This document shows positions 30,301 through 39,163 of a stretch of 64,000 bases of DNA, piece after piece; positions within the stretch are counted from its first letter, which is position 1; every line of letters begins with the position of its first letter. Source of the DNA: a virus. The position numbers and the translations under genes were made by a program. Below the pieces are notes generated by a model, which saw only the letters and a program-made list of their open reading frames with translations, ran no database searches and was not told the DNA's origin. The stretch covers positions 62,848 through 126,847 of the IMG/VR virus record IMGVR_UViG_3300034691_000040; one strand, written 5' to 3'.

Positions 30301-31609
30301 GGGCCTGATCACTGAAGGTACCGTGGACAGTGGCGACGTGGGCATCATCGCTTACATGCCGCAGAACGCTAACCTGACAACAGTGCGTGGTACCGTTCGC
30401 CAATACAATCCGAAAACCGATGGTGCTGCTACTATCATGTCGACTCCAGCTTTGCTGGGCGTAGGCGCTGATGGTGACGATCCAAAACGTATCGGGTTTA
30501 GTGCTATCCAGCATGGTCACGGTATTGCCACTGAGAACTATGAAGTGGCTCCTGGCTTGACTGAAATGGAAGCGATGATTGCTTCGCGGTCAGGCCCTGA
30601 GTTCGCTCAGGTTGCAAGCGGTAAAGGCAAGGTTACTGAAATCGGTCCTCAGCACATTGCGGTTGAATACGCAAATGGTGAAATCTTCCGTGCTCCATTG
30701 GGAATGATCCACACCAACGCTGAAGGTACGCTGTATCCAAACACACTGGTTACCGGTCTTGTTGTCGGCGATACAGTGGAACAGTTTGATGTACTGACCT
30801 ATAATCCGGGCTTCTTTAAAGTGAGTCCGTTTAATCCTCGGCGTGTAAACTACGCTGGGTCATGTTTGGCGCGTGTTGCCATCCGTGAGGCCACGTATAC
30901 GTTGGAAGACTCCTGCTCTCTTTCTGAAGCATTCGCTCGCCGAATGGTCACGAAGGTAGCGAAGCCTAAACCCGTCAATGTCGACTTCCATGATGAAATC
31001 GTGGGGCTGGTAAAAGTAGGTCAACGGGTGGATCTTGATACAACGCTATGTAGCATCGAGGGTAGCGTTTCCTCAGCCGCAGGGTTGTTTGACGATTCCA
31101 ACATCGATACGCTTAAACTGTTCACCCCGTCCGCACCTAAAGCTAAAACTGTCGGAGTCGTGTCTAAGATCGAAGTCTTCTACAATGGCGACATTGAAGA
31201 CATGTCTGAGTCTCTGCAGGTCATCGTGGCTGAATCCGAAAAGGGTCGTCGTCGATTGGCTAAAGCGTTGGGTGAGGAATACACGTCGGGGTTTGTGGGA
31301 CGTAATGTGCGAAAGGAAGGGACTAACCTTGAGCCACATCGGGCGATGATCTTGGTTTACATCGACGCCGAAGTCCCAATGGGTATTGCTGACAAGCTGG
31401 TAATTGGTAATCAGATGAAGTCGGTGGTCGGCGCTGTACTCTTTGGTGAGAACCAAACTGAGTCAGGCGGTCAGGTCGATATTGTCTTTGGTGCTCTTTC
31501 TGCGATAAACCGTATTGTGACTGGGTTGTTTACGGGCGGCTCACTCAACACAGTGGTGCGGGTTATCGGCGAAGAAGCGTTTGCCATGTATTTCGAAGAT
31601 GCTGCTTAA
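27341..31609 (+). CDS. rpoB: Virion RNA polymerase beta subunit, N-terminal fragment (phiKZ gp178-like)
   Basis: 1422 aa; NGTKYRMRKQR, GGRGGRS, EGTVDSGDVG, EDSC, GIADKLVIGNQMKSVV. Confidence 0.9.
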   Translation: MAELLAYDRYRLRFTLWKTSQLQAPVVYPIARLQLPKMSVLHFAPADGVTMGPQISDPLMRSVPGVIYIDHVKQYGQPEGNPIRTFSQADTLITQFRQRNRAFRPLRKLDRLETDQRTLVVYNYALLSHMVRYATSFRAGWYMWRNVYAEVMNNINALCEESQRHHFIELPLPEVMPGLGTLRTFSTRQTADVLNSLRDDGSKQVADLFVWAGKLRENSLLSKIKPENYPKVNIIIRRLNGFVVVNLGWLDGLRKSDDPAVKNKGVSYDPAMFQLLLLKFLTTLHQATSPIETDLKNEVVEEPVVEVDVDGVGLDDLELTAEYDELPPSDELDDDDVTIAALEKELEELDLLKQRAIDEAIQYDEDGEKLETKAIDINMLAADKAAKTTGSPIVDKANELAGKGLLTAAEHRRLERISGIFKTLPNPFGGEGTLVDAIEIPQEDIEIKPTVLADASTLIDKSLAVSKTDTFERQYLEKVLRKDIVRCVAAIQKAPVAITSYSINRLTDASNDQEIHSFKITPAVGESSTVSFPLPVVKPDGSFLYNGTKYRMRKQRVDLPIRKLSPVQVGLSSYYGKVFIERSERKNFNYEKWFMGQLIIKALDPEDPNVGKAMLSTVADYLIDVPKMYTSISERIMSMVCGKNQLWFDHKRRVEKFKYTAEQLAFEKKGWALCGQNDQGQALIMDINNMIYRIVPDKQGGSLQEVGTINDLTGITEDTGTPISAIEVKVYSKNIPMGLVLAYLLGFNKLLDLLKVKPRRVLAGARLNLEPHEYAIRFVDESLVFSRKDIVPSLILSGFNLAKDAVRNYSGAMFDGKDVYSAIFDRSGIGSRFLRELDSLDTMFVDPITEDLLKWMKEPTEFTGLLVRATEMLVNAKVDEARKDKDGVVELLERVRGYERIAGMVYENLSKRVREYNARASSGRASIKMNPNDPINMLIKDPTTSPVNNINPIHALREREVITFGGRGGRSRRAMVARTRLYKRTDMGLITEGTVDSGDVGIIAYMPQNANLTTVRGTVRQYNPKTDGAATIMSTPALLGVGADGDDPKRIGFSAIQHGHGIATENYEVAPGLTEMEAMIASRSGPEFAQVASGKGKVTEIGPQHIAVEYANGEIFRAPLGMIHTNAEGTLYPNTLVTGLVVGDTVEQFDVLTYNPGFFKVSPFNPRRVNYAGSCLARVAIREATYTLEDSCSLSEAFARRMVTKVAKPKPVNVDFHDEIVGLVKVGQRVDLDTTLCSIEGSVSSAAGLFDDSNIDTLKLFTPSAPKAKTVGVVSKIEVFYNGDIEDMSESLQVIVAESEKGRRRLAKALGEEYTSGFVGRNVRKEGTNLEPHRAMILVYIDAEVPMGIADKLVIGNQMKSVVGAVLFGENQTESGGQVDIVFGALSAINRIVTGLFTGGSLNTVVRVIGEEAFAMYFEDAA

Positions 31610-31622
31610 TTAACCCCCGTGC

Positions 31623-31655
31623 CCCACCTCCAGTTCTGCTGGGGGTGGGTGTATG
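31623..31655 (+). terminator. Hairpin followed by TATG
   Basis: 11-bp stem CCCACCTCCAG/CTGGGGGTGGG, then TGTATG. Confidence 0.55.
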
Positions 31656-31674
31656 TACACTTGAGGAATGATTG

Positions 31675-31869
31675 ATGACACCCACCGAGTTGAATAACCT
31701 GCCGATCCTTGCGACGGCTGTCCAGCTGGTCAGCGAAATCGCTTTGAACGTGGTTGGTAATGACATTGCCTCGGAAGTCGGAGGCCAAAAGATTACTCAA
31801 GCTTCCGTCAAGATCCTGGCGGCGACGATGATCAACAAAACCCTGACCGAGAAAATCAGCCATGCTTGA
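31675..31869 (+). CDS. Small conserved protein (64 aa)
   Basis: SD GAGGA; overlaps the next gene. Confidence 0.7.
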   Translation: MTPTELNNLPILATAVQLVSEIALNVVGNDIASEVGGQKITQASVKILAATMINKTLTEKISHA

Positions 31870-33253
31870 CCCGAATGCTGTCACAGCTGTAATTGCGGTG
31901 AACCAATCGATCTCCGCCAAGGGTGCACATCTTGACACACTGCCAGACACTGCGCTGGCCATGCTTGTGCGCGAAATGCCAACCACCGCCATCAAGGCTG
32001 AAGAAACCGATTATGCTGCTGCCGGTGCGATTCTGACAGACCTGTCGCGTGGTGAAGATCACGCAGCGGTGTTGCAACGCATCGTAGGTTTGGGCAGTGA
32101 CTCCGTGCGCCGCACTTTGTCATTTGCACGCAATACCGTCATGCCGCACATTTATCGTGTCATCGAAGCCTACACCGCCGAAATGACCAAGAACACCAAC
32201 GTGGCAATGCCATTTGACGTCAAGCGTCATTTCGCACACGATGCGGCCAAAACCTCCATCGCCATGAACTTCCTGGATCGTTGGGAACACGCCCCGGCGG
32301 TGACACCAGTTGCCAATGTTGATCTGGGCATGTATACCCCTGATGAGATACTGAACCTCGTCAAGATCAGCAATGATGGCGACTACAATGAGCACATCGA
32401 AACACTGCTCACTGAAGATGGTGGCCGTGGCCTGAAACAGTTGAGCGACATGCTCAAAGGCATCATGCCTGTTACCGCAGTGGATCACCATTTCCAACTG
32501 CCTGCTGCCGTCCTGCTGCAAAGCATCATCGGTACGCCTAAACCAGGCGTGGGCATGACGCTGACTGCGTACACAGCCGCTGTGAGCTCGATGGCTAACT
32601 ACGCTGCCAAGAACGCGATGGCTGCATTGGGTCGTCTGAAAAACCAGCGTGTGGATCAGGCCCTGTATCACGGCATCTTCCAACACGACGCCAAAACCAT
32701 TCCGGTGGTGGGCGAGGTTTACAACGACCTGCTGGAAAAAGGTTTCAGCATCGACATGCTGTTCGGTAACGAACTGCTGGGGCGTAAGTACCAAGGGGCT
32801 GCGCTGCTGCAACCTGAAGCCATGGCCGAAATGACCGAAGTGTACAACCGCGATCGCGCCATTCGCCAAACTGCACACAACCTGGACCGTCAGCGCATGA
32901 GCCGCCAGGCTATCCTGGATGTGCTGCGCACTGACCAACAGGCTATTGCGACCGCTGGCGAGTTCACCGTCGCTGACGACTCCGCTGATAAATCGTGGGC
33001 ACGTCTGAAAGGGTTCATTGACAGCCTCACCGTCAATAACACCTGGTACAGCTACGAGCCTTCTTCGATGATCGCAGCAACCATCTGCGCCGTCTGGTAC
33101 GCGCACAGCGATGCTCACCGCATCATCGACATCATGTTCGAGCAAGGCAAAGCCAACCCTGACATGCCGCCTTCCGAACAAGCCACGATGGCCTCTCTTC
33201 AGTATATCTCTGAATGGGTCGCCAGCCAGATCGGCGTCGCTTCGAAAAACTAA
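31862..33253 (+). CDS. Head-associated virion protein (phiKZ gp177-like)
   Basis: 463 aa; synteny between vRNAP beta-N and the protease. Confidence 0.6.
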   Translation: MLDPNAVTAVIAVNQSISAKGAHLDTLPDTALAMLVREMPTTAIKAEETDYAAAGAILTDLSRGEDHAAVLQRIVGLGSDSVRRTLSFARNTVMPHIYRVIEAYTAEMTKNTNVAMPFDVKRHFAHDAAKTSIAMNFLDRWEHAPAVTPVANVDLGMYTPDEILNLVKISNDGDYNEHIETLLTEDGGRGLKQLSDMLKGIMPVTAVDHHFQLPAAVLLQSIIGTPKPGVGMTLTAYTAAVSSMANYAAKNAMAALGRLKNQRVDQALYHGIFQHDAKTIPVVGEVYNDLLEKGFSIDMLFGNELLGRKYQGAALLQPEAMAEMTEVYNRDRAIRQTAHNLDRQRMSRQAILDVLRTDQQAIATAGEFTVADDSADKSWARLKGFIDSLTVNNTWYSYEPSSMIAATICAVWYAHSDAHRIIDIMFEQGKANPDMPPSEQATMASLQYISEWVASQIGVASKN

Positions 33254-33272
33254 GTGATCTAAGGATACCACA

Positions 33273-33995
33273 ATGAATTCATCGGCCTACAGGCGGGATA
33301 AGCAACGTGTAGATGCTTGCCTTAAAAAGGTGGGTGATACGCTGGTAGCGCTGGAGCCGGTGCGTATACAGATCCCTGAGCGGTTTACCGAACGGGATCT
33401 GGCTATCATTGAGGATGTCTCGTACATCCTCGGGTTCCTTGCCATTATCACTGAAGACAACGTTTACGCATCATCGACTGTGACAGGCATGTTGCGCACC
33501 GAGCCAGACCGTATCGGTAAGGTGGTCGTGGATGATCAGTCTTACATCGAGCTCTTTTACGACAAGGGGTCGAAAGTCTTTGCCAGCACTAAGATCGTAA
33601 CTGTGGATAACTTGGTGCATCCTGTCTATACAGAGATGTTAGGTAAGGGGAACATTCCTTGGTATCACGGTTACGAAGATATCTGTCAGATGTTTTACGA
33701 CACCGGGAAGTATAACGGTGTTACGTTGGGTGCCGATCTTGCGCTGTGGGAATACCTGGGTGCGTGCCTGTGCCGTAACCCAGATAACCCACGTCAGTAC
33801 TATCGCCACAGACCCAACATCAAACAGTCATTACTGACAGTGCCACCTTACATCGTGTCGCTGCGTAACGTGGCTTTCGGCGCTACCAACTTTAGCTCGA
33901 AGCTTGGCGGCTCTTACTTCGATCCAGGTATGACCAGTTTGCTGGCCCACCCATCTGAACGTGCAGAGCGTGTCGAGAACTTCTTAAGACAATGA
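33273..33995 (+). CDS. vRNAP-associated subunit (phiKZ gp176 / SPN3US gp244-like)
   Basis: 240 aa immediately upstream of the protease; C-terminal VAFGATNFSSKLGGSYF...ENFLR; synteny. Confidence 0.6.
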   Translation: MNSSAYRRDKQRVDACLKKVGDTLVALEPVRIQIPERFTERDLAIIEDVSYILGFLAIITEDNVYASSTVTGMLRTEPDRIGKVVVDDQSYIELFYDKGSKVFASTKIVTVDNLVHPVYTEMLGKGNIPWYHGYEDICQMFYDTGKYNGVTLGADLALWEYLGACLCRNPDNPRQYYRHRPNIKQSLLTVPPYIVSLRNVAFGATNFSSKLGGSYFDPGMTSLLAHPSERAERVENFLRQ

Positions 33996-34006
33996 GGTCT
34001 TGAATC

Positions 34007-34801
34007 ATGGCAGGCGTAGCTCTGCAACAACCCTTTGCCTCCTACAGCAACATTGTGTTGAGCGGCAGTGGTAAACAAGGTATTTTGAAAAAGTTGGATG
34101 GTGGTTACTACGAAATCATCCTCGGTGCTCTGGCGGCTTACGGTAACGGCAATTGGCTGTACGATGAAGCGTCTGGTCGTCAGTACATGGAAAACGACCG
34201 TGAGTTCCTGGCTGAGCTGCGCGGTGGGCGTATCAAAGGTGAGTGGGGTCATCCTCGCCGCCCTCAGGGCATGTCTGACCAAGACTGGTTTGTGCGTATC
34301 AACGAAATCTACGAAGACAATACCTGCGTAGCGTTCCGCGATATCTCCCTGTCGATGGATCTGATCAAGGACGATAAAGGTCGTCGTGTGGTTGGCATCA
34401 TCGGTCAGATCAAACCGTCGGGTAAACAAGCGCGTTCGTTCCAGGATATGCTTGAGAACCCTGACGAAGATACCCCGTTCTCGATACGTTGCTTTGCTCG
34501 TAAAGATTTCCGCACGATGCACAAGCACATCAACAAGATCGTGACCTGGGATTACGTCACCCAGCCCGGCATTGCAGTAGCGTCGAAGTATAACACCCCA
34601 AGTCTTGAATCCAAGCATGACATCAGTCACATGCTGGATGAAGCCGAGTTCAGCCTCACTCGCTTGAAAGATGGCTTTACCGATCCAGCAAACGAAGCCA
34701 GCTTCGAAAGCAATCGCCCTCACATCCAACTGATTGACCGGATGATTGAGACTGAACGCACCGCTGGTAAGATCTGGGTCCCTAACTCCCTTCAGTGGTA
34801 A
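34007..34801 (+). CDS. Prohead serine protease (phiKZ gp175-like)
   Basis: Catalytic motifs GEWGHP (His), FSIRC (Ser), VTWDYVTQPG (Asp); C-terminal SLE/SFE self-cleavage-type sites. Confidence 0.88.
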   Translation: MAGVALQQPFASYSNIVLSGSGKQGILKKLDGGYYEIILGALAAYGNGNWLYDEASGRQYMENDREFLAELRGGRIKGEWGHPRRPQGMSDQDWFVRINEIYEDNTCVAFRDISLSMDLIKDDKGRRVVGIIGQIKPSGKQARSFQDMLENPDEDTPFSIRCFARKDFRTMHKHINKIVTWDYVTQPGIAVASKYNTPSLESKHDISHMLDEAEFSLTRLKDGFTDPANEASFESNRPHIQLIDRMIETERTAGKIWVPNSLQW

Positions 34802-34828
34802 CACTGTTAATTAACAAGGATAACGTAC

Positions 34829-36214
34829 ATGTCGACTGCTATTGCAAAGGCGCTGCAGGGTCTCGCTCTTGAATCGGGTGAGGTAGTTGAGGACGCCGTT
34901 GGCGAGTTTCATGATTCGCTTGGTGAGTTGCTGGTTTCTGAAAGCCAAGTGGCTCAAGAACCCACCATTACCGATCAGGTAAATGATGCGGCTAAAGCAT
35001 CTGACGTAACTGAGCAGCTCGATGAGCTGGCTGTGCGTGCTGACGAAGTGGCCGCTATCGAAAGTCCGGCTGTTGCCCAAGTGGCAGTGGAGTCGCTGCA
35101 TCGTGAATTCAAAACGATCATGCGCGCTAACCAGCTGCCGTTTGAAGCCAGTTCGTTCGAATCGGTTTACAGCATCGAAGGTCAGGCAAAAGGCCTGGGT
35201 CAGGATGCTCGCCGTGTAGCCGGCTACAGCCGCAGCGTGGCTGCCGAATTACGTGGTCACAGCCAAGAGGCTGGCACCATTGTTCAGACGATCCGCCGCG
35301 ACGCCAGTCGTTTGATAGAGGCTAACGGTGTACTGACACGCGCTATTCCAGCGGTGCAGCATATTTCGGAAAGCCTGAAAGAACACCCAGTGAGGATCAA
35401 TCATTCCGGTTCTGCACTGTTTCTGACTGTAGACGGAAAACCTGCACTCAATGCAAAAACCGCCGTTGATCAAGAAGTGGCGCAATTGCATAAACTGCAC
35501 GATGCGATCGTCGAAGCATTCCAGGTGGTATTGGCCGGGGCGCATGCGTTTGAAGCCAACCCCCATGCCACAATTGAAAGCCTGTTACCCGCCAGTAAGT
35601 TTGCCAAACTCAATGATTTTGCGCAACATCATCACTTCATGGGTAACCGCACCATCGTCGGTATGCCGAGTAAGGGCCTCCCTGTTCTCAAGTTCCACCG
35701 CATCAATGAGAACAAGCTCCAGGGTTGGAATGCGACCAAGGCTGTTGCCTGGATGCCATTGGCTGCGTTTGGTTGGGGATTCCTGGCGGGTGCTGCGATC
35801 TATATCGGCGGGCTTGTAACTGGTGGCCTGATTCCAGCGATTGCGGCGACTTCGGTTGTTTATAATTCCGTCGTGGCCGGCTACGTGGCCGGTGGTATTA
35901 AAAGCGGCGTAGACAGTTATAACAAAAACGTCAACATGACGGATGACAAGTCAGCGGCCAGCAGCAACGATTTTATCAAAATGCTGCAAGAGTTGCAGGG
36001 GCTCACTAAACTGACCTCACTTAACCTGCCAGATGGTGAGGTTATGGACATCCTCGATAAAGTGCATAAAGCAGGCGGACCTAGTTCCACTTACGGTGCC
36101 TTCGAAGATGTCATCGGTTACATCGCCACGGCCGTCGACTGCCTATACGAACAAGCGCTGTATGACGTTATCGAAGGTTCGAAGATCGCAGCTCAGGTCA
36201 CCAAGAAATTATAA
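34829..36214 (+). CDS. Internal head/ejection protein, paralog A
   Basis: Acidic propeptide with ALE, AIE, AVE, SFE, SIE, SQE sites; long hydrophobic Gly/Ala segment in the C-terminal half. Confidence 0.7.
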   Translation: MSTAIAKALQGLALESGEVVEDAVGEFHDSLGELLVSESQVAQEPTITDQVNDAAKASDVTEQLDELAVRADEVAAIESPAVAQVAVESLHREFKTIMRANQLPFEASSFESVYSIEGQAKGLGQDARRVAGYSRSVAAELRGHSQEAGTIVQTIRRDASRLIEANGVLTRAIPAVQHISESLKEHPVRINHSGSALFLTVDGKPALNAKTAVDQEVAQLHKLHDAIVEAFQVVLAGAHAFEANPHATIESLLPASKFAKLNDFAQHHHFMGNRTIVGMPSKGLPVLKFHRINENKLQGWNATKAVAWMPLAAFGWGFLAGAAIYIGGLVTGGLIPAIAATSVVYNSVVAGYVAGGIKSGVDSYNKNVNMTDDKSAASSNDFIKMLQELQGLTKLTSLNLPDGEVMDILDKVHKAGGPSSTYGAFEDVIGYIATAVDCLYEQALYDVIEGSKIAAQVTKKL

Positions 36215-36226
36215 GTGAGGTGAGTG

Positions 36227-37666
36227 ATGAGCGCTATGGACCAACTGATGAAAGACCTCGCTATTGAAAGTGGTGAGGTGGATTCTGATGTAAATCCAGG
36301 CGTGGCTGAGTCGTATGCGTTGGTGGAGTCGTTCTCAGACGAGGACACTCCCACCATCGCTCAACATGTTGACGCGGTTGAACAGGTAAATACAGTTGCC
36401 GATCTGGTTGATGAAATCAGCCTCTCGTGCGACCAGCCCGACCTGAGCATTGAAACGCGACAGTACTTGTTTGACTCTGCACGCCGGCAGTTCCGAACAA
36501 TTGCATTGGCGTATGGTCTCCAAGCGTCTGTAGAGTCGCTGGAGGCTAAGACCGACTACGAGCTACCCAACGAGCTGTCTAAACTCGCAGGTACGCTTAG
36601 ACGCAATGCTGAAGCCCAGGCGGATTATTCGTCTGAAGGTATATTGAGTTGGCTGCGTCGTGACGCGGCTAAACTTGAACGGGCGTATCAAGTTCTGGAG
36701 AGTGCGACTAAGAAGATTAAGAATCGTCTTGGTAAAGCACCATTGCCGTCTAACGATGGTGATCATGAATTCCGTGGGTCTCCATCCAGCCGAAAGGCTG
36801 ATGACCTCATCGTGATCACGTCCGGCGCCCTTCGCGAGTTCTTGTTTAAGGGCCATGGTCAGCTGTCAGATCTTGAAAAGGCAATCAAGGATGAGTCTGC
36901 CGATCTGCACGCGCTGCACGCAGCTACCGATAACGCATTGGGTGTGCTCAAAGCCAATGCTAAACGCCTTGCTGAAGATCCTGAGTCGGCCAACGTCATC
37001 GCAGCGTCCAAATGGGCTAAACCAGTAAACGCTGCTAAGACGAACAAAGCTGCGCTGATGGGTAACTTCTCGATCCGTTCTAAAGATCCTGAAGGCAACC
37101 CTATCCTCGTTGACAAGATGGTCAGGATGAACGACACGCCGTCATCTTTGTGGAATGAGCTGAAGAAGTCTTTCAGCTCTATGTCTCCGGAGATGATTAC
37201 CATTGTAGGGGCTGGTGCTTTGGCCATTGGGTCTCTTGCTATCAAGCATCCGATTGCCCCTATACTTGCTCCTCGCATGGCAGGTGCCGCAGTGGTAGCC
37301 GGTGGTAAGTTGGCAATGGGCGCGGTCGTTGGGTCTAAAGAACCTGAGACTTTGAAACGTCCCGTCACCATCAGCAACGAAGAGTTCAAGTCCACGCTGG
37401 ATACGGTTATCCAGAAGTACGCTCGGTTTACCAGCTATGAGCATGATGGCGATGGGGTCATGGACGATCTCAAGAAAGCTCTTGTAGCAGGCAAGGCGGC
37501 ACGTATGGACCCAGAGGACTACAAGACTCTGGAAATGGTTGTAAAAGCTCACCGTGAGTCTCTGGGGCGCTTGGCGGCTATATCTGAAGCTATCTTTCAA
37601 CAAGCTACGTACACCGTGCATCAAATGGCGGCAGTTTCGATCAGCGTTCTCGGCAAGTTGAAATAA
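36227..37666 (+). CDS. Internal head/ejection protein, paralog B
   Basis: Shares LA[LI]ESGEV, PTI, F[KR]TI, RRDA[SA][RK]L and LH[KA]LH with paralog A; S/A-x-E sites; hydrophobic segment. Confidence 0.7.
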   Translation: MSAMDQLMKDLAIESGEVDSDVNPGVAESYALVESFSDEDTPTIAQHVDAVEQVNTVADLVDEISLSCDQPDLSIETRQYLFDSARRQFRTIALAYGLQASVESLEAKTDYELPNELSKLAGTLRRNAEAQADYSSEGILSWLRRDAAKLERAYQVLESATKKIKNRLGKAPLPSNDGDHEFRGSPSSRKADDLIVITSGALREFLFKGHGQLSDLEKAIKDESADLHALHAATDNALGVLKANAKRLAEDPESANVIAASKWAKPVNAAKTNKAALMGNFSIRSKDPEGNPILVDKMVRMNDTPSSLWNELKKSFSSMSPEMITIVGAGALAIGSLAIKHPIAPILAPRMAGAAVVAGGKLAMGAVVGSKEPETLKRPVTISNEEFKSTLDTVIQKYARFTSYEHDGDGVMDDLKKALVAGKAARMDPEDYKTLEMVVKAHRESLGRLAAISEAIFQQATYTVHQMAAVSISVLGKLK

Positions 37667-37670
37667 CAAA

Positions 37671-37701
37671 CATACAGCTCGGCGCAATGCCGAGCTGTAT
37701 G
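37671..37701. terminator. CATA/TATG-flanked hairpin ending the head operon
   Basis: Perfect 13-bp stem CATACAGCTCGGC, loop GCAAT. Confidence 0.75.
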
Positions 37702-37715
37702 CCGTATAAATTCGA

Positions 37716-37739
37716 TTTAACTTTTTTATAGTAACACAT
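37716..37739 (+). promoter_or_regulatory. Candidate phage early promoter
   Basis: TTTAACTTTTTTATAGTAACACAT matches TAA-N9-AGYAAYACAT, also at 38077 and 52684. Confidence 0.55.
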
Positions 37740-37789
37740 CATTCCAGTGAATCGCCCCCACATCTAGCATCGTTCTTTGGAGAACTCAC

Positions 37790-38068
37790 ATGCGAATTGA
37801 ATTAGCAGCAAAGTTTGTCGGCTACGCAGCTGGTGCTTACATCACCTACCGTCTTTCACGGATGTTGTTTGAAGCGTCGATGGATGCTTACGTGAAAGAA
37901 CAGAAAGCTAAAGCTGTCAAAGCACCTGGGGTCGAACAGTTCATCGACGATCTGGATATCTACGCAGAGCACATCTCTAAACGTATCGGTATCCTGAAAA
38001 TGCGACTGTCCCGCAATCTGATTACTTTGGATCAATACAACGCTGAGCTGCTCTTGCTCGCGGTGTAA
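37790..38068 (+). CDS. Hypothetical protein with N-terminal hydrophobic helix
   Basis: SD GGAGA; 92 aa. Confidence 0.7.
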   Translation: MRIELAAKFVGYAAGAYITYRLSRMLFEASMDAYVKEQKAKAVKAPGVEQFIDDLDIYAEHISKRIGILKMRLSRNLITLDQYNAELLLLAV

Positions 38069-38076
38069 TAATTCGA

Positions 38077-38100
38077 TCTAAAAAATCTACAGTAATACAT
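38077..38100 (+). promoter_or_regulatory. Candidate phage early promoter
   Basis: TCTAAAAAATCTACAGTAATACAT. Confidence 0.55.
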
Positions 38101-38144
38101 GACCTCCATACACAAACACAACCCATGCTCCAGGAGAGCTTACC

Positions 38145-38633
38145 ATGACTATCAAAACTGCACACGAAACCTTCCTCGAAACCTTCAACTTCATCGCTGA
38201 AGGTAAGCGTGATCACGATCACGCAGTTCCATTCAAATCTGAGTGGGATAACGGCACAGGTTACTACAACGGTGCCTGCACCGACGATCTGAACCTGCCC
38301 ATCGGTTCCCGCTTCTGCTCCACTTCGCTGAACAATCGCAAGATCATCGGCGTTGTCACGCCGGTTGGTAACGCGGTGTTCTTCGAACGTTGCACTGCCG
38401 GTGAGAACGGCGTGATCGTCACCAACAAACCGCATTGCCTGAGCAGCCTGTGGTACGACGGTTCGCAAAGTGCTGAAACCATCGACCGCATCATGGGTTC
38501 AGCGCGTGGCTTCAACAAGAACATCGGCTCCACTCTGCGCGGTGTCGTTCTGGAAGTTGTCACCAACGCCGAACGTTTGAACGCAGTTAAAGCTCAAGCG
38601 AAAGGCTGCACCGTCACCGTCATCGAAGACTGA
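38145..38633 (+). CDS. Conserved phage hypothetical protein
   Basis: SD AGGAG; WDNGTGYYNG and VFFER motifs recalled from jumbo-phage early proteins; strong C-ending codon bias. Confidence 0.7.
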   Translation: MTIKTAHETFLETFNFIAEGKRDHDHAVPFKSEWDNGTGYYNGACTDDLNLPIGSRFCSTSLNNRKIIGVVTPVGNAVFFERCTAGENGVIVTNKPHCLSSLWYDGSQSAETIDRIMGSARGFNKNIGSTLRGVVLEVVTNAERLNAVKAQAKGCTVTVIED

Positions 38634-38709
38634 TCCCCGCAATGCCCGAAGTAACACAAACCTTTTTAGCAACACACCCACTCAATACAAATCTGTTAGG
38701 AGCTACACC

Positions 38710-38967
38710 ATGTCGACTGAAATCACTACTGCTGGCGTTGTTGTTGGCGAAGTTCTGAAGAACGCTTCCGTTGTTACCAAGCTGAAAGACGTTGCCAACG
38801 CCCATCCGATCACCGCAGCCGTCGCCGGCGTCGTGGTGCTGGGTCTGGCTACCTGGGGTTCGTACAAACTGCTGACCGGCCTCATCGGCCGCGCGCCAGC
38901 TGAGAAAGTAATCCTGGTACAAGCAGTTTCTCCAGCAGCACCAGCAGCTCCTGCCGCTGGCGCGTAA
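38710..38967 (+). CDS. Small membrane protein (85 aa)
   Basis: SD AGGAG; TM segment ITAAVAGVVVLGLATWG; Ala/Pro tail. Confidence 0.75.
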   Translation: MSTEITTAGVVVGEVLKNASVVTKLKDVANAHPITAAVAGVVVLGLATWGSYKLLTGLIGRAPAEKVILVQAVSPAAPAAPAAGA

Positions 38968-38976
38968 CACCATGAC

Positions 38977-39020
38977 GAGCCAGCCCTCAGGGGCTGGCTC
39001 ACTACTCTTCTCTTTTTTTT
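38977..39020 (+). terminator. Intrinsic terminator
   Basis: 10-bp stem GAGCCAGCCC, loop TCAG, downstream T-run. Confidence 0.7.
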
Positions 39021-39026
39021 GTATGA

Positions 39027-39050
39027 CTCAAACTTTAAGCACTCACACAT
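39027..39050 (+). promoter_or_regulatory. Degenerate copy of the candidate early promoter
   Basis: Ends in ACACAT; AGTG 6 nt downstream, as at 37716. Confidence 0.35.
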
Positions 39051-39163
39051 TACGATAGTGCTATACACAAATCTGTTCTAATCAGGCCAACTGAGTAACA
39101 ACTTACACGAGCAACACGTTCTGTGTTCACACCCACCACATTAACGCACTAAGGATTCAACTC

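Noticed and set aside
25664-31609. Introns or inteins in the RNAP genes, terminase or uvsX, which are common in jumbo phages
   Set aside because: Reading frames are continuous, conserved motifs are normally spaced, and I saw no intein or LAGLIDADG/HNH signatures. An HMM scan would confirm.
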